NCBI GenBank assembly: GCA_963775425.1
Contig: CAVZJB010000005.1
Location: 160,001 to 224,000, forward strand
DNA length: 64,000 bases
From: an uncultured delta proteobacterium
Lineage (GTDB): Bacteria > Myxococcota > UBA727 > VGSZ01
Reading direction: 5' to 3'
The notes beneath the pieces are model-generated. The model worked only from the letters and a program-made list of their open reading frames with translations. It was not told the DNA's origin and made no database searches. The translations under genes were made by a program, and so were the position numbers. Numbering within the stretch: position 1 is the first letter of the stretch; the number at the start of each line of letters is the position of its first letter. Positions 42,501-50,733 of this stretch are shown piece after piece.

Positions 42501-45500
42501 ATGATCTTCCTGGCTCCGCTGCTCGCGCTCGCGCCCGCGCTCTCCGATGTCACGCTCGACCAGCTCGAGCCCGGCAAGGAGATCCACGGCTTCACCCCCA
42601 CCGCCGTCTACCTCGACGACAGCGACCACCCCATCGGCGCCCGCTTCGTCCACGACAAGACGGGCTTCACGCTCGACTACCTGCAGATCGAGTCGGCGCC
42701 GCAGGGCTTCATCTGGGTGACCTCGTTCCCCACGTCGGACAAAGGGGAGCCGCACACGCAAGAGCACCTGCTGCTCGGCAAGGGCGACCGCGGACGCAGG
42801 CTCGGCAGCTTCGAGGCCATGGAGCTGGCGTCGTCGTCGGCGTTCACCGATCAGTGGCGGACCTGCTACCACTTCCACATCGAGGCCGGCCATGAGGCCT
42901 TCTGGCCCGAATTCGAAAACCAGCTCGGTGCGCTCCTGCACCCCGACTACACCGACGAGGAGATCCGGCGCGAGGTGCGCAACTTCGGCGTCGACAAGGC
43001 CGACGACGGCTCGCTTCACCTCGAGGAGAAGGGCACCGTCTACAACGAGATGGTGCGGACGTACGAGTCGCCCGACGCCGTCATGTGGCGCCAGGCGCAG
43101 CGCCTCATCTACGGGCTCGCGCACCCTTTGAGCTGGGAGTCCGGCGGCACGCCCGCGGGCATCCGCACCATGACGCCCGCCGACATCCGCTCGTTCCACG
43201 ACGCCGCGTACCGCCTCGAGAACATGGGCATGATCGGCGCGTTCCCGTCGTCGATGTCGCTGGGCGACGTGCTCGACGGCACCGCCGCGGTCCTCGGCAA
43301 GGAGAAGGCGCCGCCGCCGGCCGCGCACAAGGCCATGACCGAAGCGGAGCTGCCGAAGCCCGACCCCGCGCCGCTCGGCGCCGTCGCCGTGGTGCCGTTC
43401 CCCTACAGCGACGAGACGAGCCCCGCGCCGCTCACGCTCGCCTGGCCGGCCACGCGCGACCTCGCGGAGAGCGATCGCGTGCTGCTCGAGCTGTTCCTGG
43501 ACGCCTTCGCCGGCGACGAGAGCACCACGCTGTACAAGAAGCTCATCGACGGCAAGACGCGCGAGCTGGACCTCGGCGCGAGCGGTGTGTCGTCGTGGCT
43601 GAGCCCGGACCAGGGTGAGCCCGTCTACATCATGCTCGCGGGCGTGAAGGCGAGCGCCGAGAACGCAAAGACCGTCATGGCGGTGCGCGCGCTCGTCGAG
43701 CGCGAGCTGCACGCGCTGGCGGCGCTGCCGCCGGGGGATCCGGCGCTCGCCGCGTTCGACGAGCGCGTGAAGAGCCGCGTCCTCGACACGCGTCGACGGC
43801 TCGCGAAGTTCCTCGACACCCCGCCGGGCTTCGGCTTCCGCGGCACGGGCCCCGACTGGGTCAACCACCTCCACGAGCTGAAGAAGACGAGCGGGTTCAA
43901 GAAGTCGTTGACGCTGCGGCCGGCGCTCGACGCCGTCGAGGCCGTCCTCGCCGCCGCCGACAAGCCGGGCGCCGCAAACCCCTGGAGCGAGCGCTTGAAG
44001 GCGTGGGGCCTCCTCGCCGCTCCGTTCGGCGTGGGCGCGCGGCCGAGCCCCGTGCGGCGCGCGCAGCTCGACGCCGCCCGCGACAAGCGCATCGCGGACG
44101 AGCTCCAGCGCCTCCAGAAGGGGTTTCGCACCAAGGACGCCGCCACCACGCTCGCCCGCTACCAGGAGGACGTCGCCCAACGCACGGCGGCCATCGAGGC
44201 GGCGTCCAGGGCGGCGCCGCTGCCGCCGCTCGTGGACAGCGCCCCGATGACCTTCGACGACGAGCTCAAATACGCCACCGACCCGGTGGCGGGGCTGCCG
44301 GCGCTGCGCGCCACGTTTGATCGCATGGTGAGCACGCGCGTCTCCCTCGCATTTCGCCTCGACGCCGTCCCCGAGAGGGACCTGTTCACGCTCGCCGTCA
44401 TCGACGCCTTCATGGAGCAGGCGGGCGTCCTCGTCGACGGCAAGCCCATCGCCGCCGACGCCATGCGCGAGCGGCTGCGTCGCGAGGTGCTCGAGCTGTC
44501 GGTGTACGAGACGGAGAACGCGTACACCGGGCGCGCGGAGCTGGTGGTGGCGGGCGCGGGCAACGACGTGGCCGAGACGCACAAGGCGCTCGGCTGGATG
44601 GGCCACGTGCTCCTGCACCCCGACTGGCGAGCGGAGAACCTGCCGCGCCTGCGCGACGTTGTCGATCGACAATTGAACGCCGCGCGCCAGCGCATGCTCG
44701 GCCCGGAGGAGACGTGGGTCACCGGGCCGCGCGATGCGTGGTGGAAACAGACGTCACCTCTCCATCTGCACGTGGGCTCGTTCCTCACGCAGGTCCATGA
44801 CCTGTTGCGCGTCAAGTGGATGCTCGCCGCCACCGGCGACGCCGCCGCCGACAAGAAGCTCGCCCGGGCGCTCGACGGCCTCGCGCCGCTCGGGGCCACG
44901 CTGTCGCGCGCACAGCTCACCGCTTTGTCGTCGCAGCTCGCGGGCGACGCACATGACGCTGGGACACAAGCCGCCGCCGCCGCCGTCGTCGCGGCCGCCG
45001 CGAGCGATGCGGCGAAGGGCGTCGTGCGCGCCGCGGGCAAGGACCTCGCCGCGTTTCTGCCGGACCTGCCCGACGGCTCCCTCGCCGCGGACTGGGCGTC
45101 GCTGTGCAAGGAGATGGCGGCGGGCGTGCGCGCGGGGCCTGCGGCGGCGCTCGAACAGCTCGAGGCCGTACGCAAGAAGATCGTCACCACCGGCAACGCC
45201 CGGATCGTCGAGGTCGGCTCGAGCGCGCACCAGGCGGCCGTCGCCGGCGACGTCGCTGCCCTCGTGAAGCAGCTCGCGCGCGGCAAGCCGGCGCGCCAGC
45301 GCTATGTCGACAAGCGCGGCATCGTCGAGCGCATGAAGGATCACGACAAGGACGCCGCCGCCGCCGTCTTCGTCGGCCTCGTCGATCCGGCCACGTCGAG
45401 CGGGGTGTTCCTCAACGCCGCGCCGGCGCCTGACTACAGCGCGCGCAAGGACGACGATCTGCTCGACTACCTCGCGGCGGTGACCTACTCGGGCCACGGC

Positions 45501-46031
45501 GCGCACAGCATGTTCATGAAGACGTGGGCGGCGGGGCTCGCGTACTCGAACGGCCTGCACCCGCAGCCCTGGGACGGCCGCGTGGAGTACTACGCCGAGC
45601 GCTGCCCGCTGCTGCCGCAGACGCTGCGCTTCGTGATCTCCCAGATCAAAGCCGCCGGCGTCGACGACAACATCGCGCGCTACGCCGTGGCCGGCGCGTT
45701 TTCGTCGCGCGTGGCGCAGGCCTACGAGGCGCGCGCCTCGGCCATGGCCGCCAACCTCGTCGACGGCGTCACGCCGGACGTCATCCGTGGCTTCCGCGAG
45801 AAGATCAAGGCGCTGGCCAAGCGCAAGGATCTCGCCGACGACCTCGCCGCACGCATGCCCCGCGTCTACGGCGCCGTGCTCCCCGGGCTCGGGAGGCCCG
45901 TGAAGGACGGGGTGTACTTCGTCATCGGACCCGAGCCGCAGCTCAAGGCGTACGAGGACTACCTCCACGGCGCGCTGGGCAAAGACGTGGTGCTCCACCG
46001 CCTGTACCCGCGGGACTTCTGGGTGCCGTAA
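42501..46031 (+). CDS. secreted M16 (M16C/PreP-like) zinc metallopeptidase
   Basis: HTQEH (HxxEH), KGTVYNEM, SGGTP.GIRTMT motifs; N-terminal hydrophobic signal. Alternative ATG 42489. Confidence 0.82.
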   Translation: MIFLAPLLALAPALSDVTLDQLEPGKEIHGFTPTAVYLDDSDHPIGARFVHDKTGFTLDYLQIESAPQGFIWVTSFPTSDKGEPHTQEHLLLGKGDRGRRLGSFEAMELASSSAFTDQWRTCYHFHIEAGHEAFWPEFENQLGALLHPDYTDEEIRREVRNFGVDKADDGSLHLEEKGTVYNEMVRTYESPDAVMWRQAQRLIYGLAHPLSWESGGTPAGIRTMTPADIRSFHDAAYRLENMGMIGAFPSSMSLGDVLDGTAAVLGKEKAPPPAAHKAMTEAELPKPDPAPLGAVAVVPFPYSDETSPAPLTLAWPATRDLAESDRVLLELFLDAFAGDESTTLYKKLIDGKTRELDLGASGVSSWLSPDQGEPVYIMLAGVKASAENAKTVMAVRALVERELHALAALPPGDPALAAFDERVKSRVLDTRRRLAKFLDTPPGFGFRGTGPDWVNHLHELKKTSGFKKSLTLRPALDAVEAVLAAADKPGAANPWSERLKAWGLLAAPFGVGARPSPVRRAQLDAARDKRIADELQRLQKGFRTKDAATTLARYQEDVAQRTAAIEAASRAAPLPPLVDSAPMTFDDELKYATDPVAGLPALRATFDRMVSTRVSLAFRLDAVPERDLFTLAVIDAFMEQAGVLVDGKPIAADAMRERLRREVLELSVYETENAYTGRAELVVAGAGNDVAETHKALGWMGHVLLHPDWRAENLPRLRDVVDRQLNAARQRMLGPEETWVTGPRDAWWKQTSPLHLHVGSFLTQVHDLLRVKWMLAATGDAAADKKLARALDGLAPLGATLSRAQLTALSSQLAGDAHDAGTQAAAAAVVAAAASDAAKGVVRAAGKDLAAFLPDLPDGSLAADWASLCKEMAAGVRAGPAAALEQLEAVRKKIVTTGNARIVEVGSSAHQAAVAGDVAALVKQLARGKPARQRYVDKRGIVERMKDHDKDAAAAVFVGLVDPATSSGVFLNAAPAPDYSARKDDDLLDYLAAVTYSGHGAHSMFMKTWAAGLAYSNGLHPQPWDGRVEYYAERCPLLPQTLRFVISQIKAAGVDDNIARYAVAGAFSSRVAQAYEARASAMAANLVDGVTPDVIRGFREKIKALAKRKDLADDLAARMPRVYGAVLPGLGRPVKDGVYFVIGPEPQLKAYEDYLHGALGKDVVLHRLYPRDFWVP

Positions 46032-46079
46032 ACGGCGACGCCCCCCGGCGGAAGGCTCCGTCGAGGGGCGTCGTTCGTG
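46032..46079. terminator. GC-rich hairpin between convergent genes
   Basis: gcgacgcccc...ggggcgtcgt outer stem with cggcgga/tccgtcg inner stem, immediately after the M16 stop. Confidence 0.6.
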
Positions 46080-46099
46080 CGGGGCTCGCCCCGCTTCGG

Positions 46100-47419
46100 T
46101 CAGAGGCTCCCGAGGAACGCGTCGATCGCCTCGGCGTCGCGGTGGCTCAACCCGAAGTACGCGTCGCGCGACCCGGCCGCCTCACCGCCGTGGGCGGCGA
46201 CGGCTTCGTCGAACGTCTGCGCCAGGCCGTGGTGCAGGTAGCTGGTCTTGAACCGCAGGCCCCACAGCGGAGTGGTGCGGAAGAAGTTGCTCGCTGCGCG
46301 GCCCTGGTAGCGCTGGTCGCCGTTGTCGTCGCCGAGGTCGTGGATCAGGAAGTCCGAGAACGGCTGGAACGTCTTGTGCGAGAGCGCGCCGATGCGGTGT
46401 GAGGTCCCGCCGGGCCACGGTGCGTAGTAGTCGTGCATCGTGTGGTGCTCCTTGGTGTGGCAGTCCTCGCAGCCGATGTCGCGGAACACCTCTTCGCCCT
46501 CGTGCACCTGGTGCGTGATGGCGCCGCGCGACGGCGGCGCCAACATCGCCATGAAGTCCATGATCAGGATGCTCGACTCCATGTGCAGATCGTTCGCCTG
46601 GGTGTCGGCGATCTTGCACTCGTCGGGGAGCTGATCGGTGTCGAGGCCGTTCGGGTGGCTCTCGCGGTCGTGAAACGGCGTCGTCATGCCGACCTCGTTC
46701 TGCATCGCCTCGGAGGTGAAGAAGAACAGCGACGAGTCCTGCGACTTCCACCCGAAGCGGCCGACGCGGGGCGCGCCCGAGACGACGGTGCGGGGGCGGA
46801 TGAGCGTGACGCCCGGGAACGGCCGGTGCCCCTCGGCCTCGACGTTCCAATTGGGCGCGCCGTAGACGCCGTGGACACGCTTGTGGCCGTGCATCGAGGA
46901 GAGGATCTCGTCGTCGGTCATCGCGTCGATGAGCCCGTCGCCGAAGAGCGGCGGCGGGTGACGCAGCGACAGGATGCTCTCGGGGACGCCCACCGGCACC
47001 TGCTCCGGCGCCTCGTGGCAGTCGCCGCGATCGGCCACGCCGGCCGACTCGAGGCTCATGCGGTGGATGACGGGACCGCCCACCTCGTGGGACTCGAAGA
47101 AGCGCCCCTGGTCGACGACGCCGAAGTTCTGCACGTTGTCGGCGACGCCGTCCTCGCTGCCGCCCGCGACGGGCTGGGAGTGGCAGTGGACGCACGAGGT
47201 CGCGTTCATGAACGGGCCCACGCCCTCATGCGCCGTGAACTCGTGCTCGAAGCGATCGCGGCCGGCGTTGAACACGGCGAGCTCCTCGGCGGAGAGCCCG
47301 GGGAGAGGATCGCCGATGTTGGTGCCGCCGCCGTGCCCGTGGTGGGCGTCGGCGGAAGGCGCCGCGGCGACGAGGAGCGCGAAGAGCGCGACGGTGATGT
47401 GTACGGTGTGTTTGCGCAT
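46100..47419 (-). CDS. di-heme oxidoreductase (DHOR-like) c-type cytochrome
   Basis: Signal peptide; CVHCH and CEDCH heme motifs; GVGPFMN, PPLFGDGLIDA, GRFGWK, FSDFLIHDLG, RTTPLWG; ATG after AAGGAGG. Confidence 0.88.
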   Translation of the reverse strand: MRKHTVHITVALFALLVAAAPSADAHHGHGGGTNIGDPLPGLSAEELAVFNAGRDRFEHEFTAHEGVGPFMNATSCVHCHSQPVAGGSEDGVADNVQNFGVVDQGRFFESHEVGGPVIHRMSLESAGVADRGDCHEAPEQVPVGVPESILSLRHPPPLFGDGLIDAMTDDEILSSMHGHKRVHGVYGAPNWNVEAEGHRPFPGVTLIRPRTVVSGAPRVGRFGWKSQDSSLFFFTSEAMQNEVGMTTPFHDRESHPNGLDTDQLPDECKIADTQANDLHMESSILIMDFMAMLAPPSRGAITHQVHEGEEVFRDIGCEDCHTKEHHTMHDYYAPWPGGTSHRIGALSHKTFQPFSDFLIHDLGDDNGDQRYQGRAASNFFRTTPLWGLRFKTSYLHHGLAQTFDEAVAAHGGEAAGSRDAYFGLSHRDAEAIDAFLGSL

Positions 47420-47433
47420 GTCGTGTCCTCCTT

Positions 47434-48432
47434 TCAACCGCAGAAGTCGTAGTAGGGGCCCGGGAAGGGCGGCATGGTGTGGGACACGCCGCACTGGCCG
47501 CGCATGCGCAGCTGGAGCGTCTGTCCACGGAAGTCGAGGTGGTAGCCCTCGGGGATCTCCTGGGGGAAGCCGCCCTGGTACGCGGTCATGATGTTGGAGC
47601 GCGACTTGAGGAAGTCCGGCTTGGGGAACGGCTCGAGGGTGATCGCCGTGAAGATGCCGTTGCCGGAGTGGATGCTCTCGAGCACCTCGTCGAACGAGCT
47701 GGCGTGATCGGCGGGGATGCCGCCCTGCACGTAGAAGTTCAGGAACTTGTCGGGCGCGCACAGGCGCTCGGGGACGAACGCGTCGTAGGTGCCGGCCTGC
47801 CCTTCGCTGTCGAGCATGCGGTCGTAGGCGAAGTTCCAGGTGAAGGTGAAGTTGCCGTCGGGCGGACCCTCGAACTCCGGCGAGCCCATGAGGAGCGCGG
47901 CCGGGATCACCACGGGGATGGCGTTGGCGGGCGGGCCGTCGGGGAAGTCCCACTCACTGCCGAGCAGCTCGGTGGTGAGGCCGTCGTAGTAGAACAGGAC
48001 GTCCTGGGTGAAGAGCTTGCCGATGAACCAGAGCTGCCAGTGACCGTTTTCCACGGACACGAGGTGTTGGTTCCACTGGTTGGAGACGTCGCTGTCGCGG
48101 GTAGCGCTCATGCGATAGGGAAGGCCCTTGAACCTGGCCTTGATCTGCACGGTGTTCTTCGACTTCGAATACTTGATGGTGACGTCGACGGGGTTGTCGC
48201 AGATGGACTCCGTCTCGACGGCGTGCTCGCCGGGGAGCGCGTTGGCGACCATCTGGAAGTGCAGCGTCCCCTCGTCCGGCGGCGCATAGACCCAGCGCTG
48301 CTCGATGGAGGAGAAGCCGGTCTCCGGCCGAGGCGCCAGGGGCGGAGGAGCCGGCTCCGCCGCCCATGCAGCCGTGCCGGCGAGACAACTCAGCAGAACG
48401 CTCGTTCGTGCGAACGCAAATGGTCGTTTCAT
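47434..48432 (-). CDS. secreted hypothetical protein (partner of the di-heme protein)
   Basis: Signal peptide (TAAWA), AGGAG RBS, good codon bias, stops 14 nt before the DHOR ATG; no family recognised. Confidence 0.75.
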   Translation of the reverse strand: MKRPFAFARTSVLLSCLAGTAAWAAEPAPPPLAPRPETGFSSIEQRWVYAPPDEGTLHFQMVANALPGEHAVETESICDNPVDVTIKYSKSKNTVQIKARFKGLPYRMSATRDSDVSNQWNQHLVSVENGHWQLWFIGKLFTQDVLFYYDGLTTELLGSEWDFPDGPPANAIPVVIPAALLMGSPEFEGPPDGNFTFTWNFAYDRMLDSEGQAGTYDAFVPERLCAPDKFLNFYVQGGIPADHASSFDEVLESIHSGNGIFTAITLEPFPKPDFLKSRSNIMTAYQGGFPQEIPEGYHLDFRGQTLQLRMRGQCGVSHTMPPFPGPYYDFCG

Positions 48433-48712
48433 CAGGTCTCCTGCGGCCCTCGCCGCTTGGTAGGGGAGACCGATCCCGAGGGGTCAATTTTCCTGTCTTT
48501 TCTGTCGCCTACGCTCGTGCGCCCCCTCTGATCGGTTCGGCAGCCGTTGAACCCTGAGGGCCCGCGGGCATTGCTTCCAGGCCGTTGCCGGCAAGGTCGC
48601 CCTTTCGCTCGATCCAGTTTTGTTGTATCTGGCCGTCCATTCGATCGGCAATCGCGCGTCATTTCGAGACAGACCGGACGTGATGCCTGTCTCACCTCAT
48701 GGGGAGGAGCGG

Positions 48713-49144
48713 TTGGACAAGACAGAAATCAACGCGACGGCGACCGAGATCAGAGTCGTTTGTCGAGGTGACCTGAACGCGGAGACTGTGAAAGCCATCA
48801 CAGCCGACCTCGCTGCGAAGATGGAGACCCTGCCGCCTCACTCCTTCAATGTGATCATCGATCTCTGCGCGATCGAGGGCTGCGACATCTTCGGCCGCTC
48901 GCAGCTCGCGGAGATGCAGCGCTTGATCTCCCGTCGCGCCAAGCGCTCCGCGTACGTCGCGCAGCACTCGCGGTACCGCGGCCTCGGCCTCTGGGTCATC
49001 CATCTGGCGGACGACCCCAACGCCAAGAGCGTCATGAGCGACGAAGCCGTGCGCGCCTGGCTCGACGGCGAGGGCGCCCGCATGCCCTCGGCACGGGAGA
49101 AGACCATTCGACTCGCGGACAAGCTGAGCAAGGAGGGCGCGTGA
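48713..49144 (+). CDS. STAS/SpoIIAA-like small protein
   Basis: TTG start after GGAGGAG; pattern IRVVCRGDL...VIIDL...R..L...AYV...EAVRAWL typical of STAS/SEC14-like proteins. Confidence 0.65.
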   Translation: MDKTEINATATEIRVVCRGDLNAETVKAITADLAAKMETLPPHSFNVIIDLCAIEGCDIFGRSQLAEMQRLISRRAKRSAYVAQHSRYRGLGLWVIHLADDPNAKSVMSDEAVRAWLDGEGARMPSAREKTIRLADKLSKEGA

Positions 49145-49812
49145 TGGAACCACGGCCGCTTTCGCTCAAAGAGCGCATTTTCGTTCAGATCGGCGTCCTC
49201 TACTCCAAGCGGATGTTCGGCAACGCCGAGCAGAGCTTCATCGAGGAGCTGATTCGCACCTTCGGCGTCAACGGCTTCTTCGAGTGGGGGAAGCAGACGG
49301 ATCGCGTGAAGGGCGTCATGTCGCAGCGCTGGGACGACTTCACCGGCGAGCTGCTGCTCGGCTTCGGCGCCATGTGGAACGGTTGCACCTACTGCAGCCG
49401 CACGCACACCGCCGCCGCCAACTGCTACTACTTCAAGGACAAGGGTGAGCTGTTCCCCATCTCCGAAGACGACATCATCGACCTCCAGCGCATGTCCGAC
49501 GAGGACGCGATGGCCAGGATCGAAGAGCTGTTGAAGGACGAGAAGTATGCGGAGACCCGCAGCATCCTTCGGCGCCAGTACGAGATGAAGCGCATGGTGC
49601 GCACACCCGAGAACCGTGACGACGAGATCATCGACATGGCCAACGCCGCCTGGGATTGGGCGACGGAGTGCAGCATCGTCGTCAGCCGGGACCCGGTGCC
49701 GCCCATCAGCCCCATCGGCAAGGACAAGGCGCTCGTTGCGCGTTACCGCGCGGCGCGCGGCGGCGACTACAAGCTCGCCGGTCCCCTGGCGCGCGCCGGT
49801 GTGACGCGCTGA
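49141..49812 (+). CDS. AhpD/carboxymuconolactone-decarboxylase-like CxxC protein
   Basis: ELLLGFGAMWNGCTYCSRTH matches the AhpD-like E..........NGCxYC...H core; overlaps the upstream stop. Confidence 0.6.
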   Translation: MMEPRPLSLKERIFVQIGVLYSKRMFGNAEQSFIEELIRTFGVNGFFEWGKQTDRVKGVMSQRWDDFTGELLLGFGAMWNGCTYCSRTHTAAANCYYFKDKGELFPISEDDIIDLQRMSDEDAMARIEELLKDEKYAETRSILRRQYEMKRMVRTPENRDDEIIDMANAAWDWATECSIVVSRDPVPPISPIGKDKALVARYRAARGGDYKLAGPLARAGVTR

Positions 49813-50022
49813 GCTGAGCGTGACGACATCCACGGCGGGGAGGCGCTCGTCGCGGCAGGCGACGAGCTGCCCGCCGCGGGTGGCTCCGCCGCGCGCCGGA
49901 GCGCCTCGGGCCGCCGCACCCGCAGCGGGGCGCGTGGCGTCGGGAACCTCACTCAAGCGCCGCGGCGTTTCCCCTCGAGCCGCTGGGCACGTGGTGTGCA
50001 CGAACGGCAGCGGGAGGTGCAC

Positions 50023-50559
50023 ATGCGCGCGCTCGTTGTCTACGAGTCGATCTTCGGGAACACGCGGGCGATCGCCGAGGCGATCGCACAGGGGCTCCGC
50101 GCGGGGCTCGACGTCGAGGTCGTCGAGGTCGGCAGCGAGCCGCTCGCGTCGGGCTTCGACCTCGTCGTCGCCGGCGGCCCCACCCACGCGTGGAGCATGA
50201 GCCGCGCGACCACGCGCGAGGACGCGCGCCAGCAGGCCCGCGCCCGGCAACACACGCCGGTCTCGGTGGGCATCGGGCTGCGCGACTGGCTCAAGCGCCT
50301 CGGCAGCCCCCCCGCCGGCGCGCTCGCGGCGACGTTCGACACCGCGATGCAGTCGCGCTGGTTCCCGACCGGTTCGGCGGCGCGGGCGGCGGCGACGGCG
50401 ATGCAACGCCGCGGCTACCGCCTCGTGGCGCCGCCGGAGCAGTTTCGCGTGAGCGGCACCGACGGGCCGCTCGTCGACGGCGAGCTCGACCGCGCCGCCC
50501 AGTGGGGCGCGCGCCTGGCCGCGCTGTGCGCGCCGGAGCGCGCCGCCGCGACCCTGTAA
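50023..50559 (+). CDS. flavodoxin-domain protein
   Basis: VVYESIFGNTRAIAEAIA FMN loop, GGPTH, ATFDT; GGAGG RBS. Confidence 0.9.
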   Translation: MRALVVYESIFGNTRAIAEAIAQGLRAGLDVEVVEVGSEPLASGFDLVVAGGPTHAWSMSRATTREDARQQARARQHTPVSVGIGLRDWLKRLGSPPAGALAATFDTAMQSRWFPTGSAARAAATAMQRRGYRLVAPPEQFRVSGTDGPLVDGELDRAAQWGARLAALCAPERAAATL

Positions 50560-50580
50560 GGCGCGGGCGGGCCATCGCGC

Positions 50581-50610
50581 GCGGCGGGGAGCGCGAACGC
50601 GCCCCGCTGC
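50581..50610. terminator. hairpin between convergent flavodoxin and rpoN genes
   Basis: gcggcgggg(a)gcgcg-aa-cgcg-ccccgctgc inverted repeat; no U-tract. Confidence 0.4.
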
Positions 50611-50733
50611 CGCGCCGGCTTGCAAGCGCGCTCGAGCCGCCGCGCACGGCGCCCCGTCAGCGGCCCCAGCAACGGCGAGCGCGCGGGTGGGGAGCACCGC
50701 TTCGGGCATGCGCGGCGCACACCCGAGCCGTCA

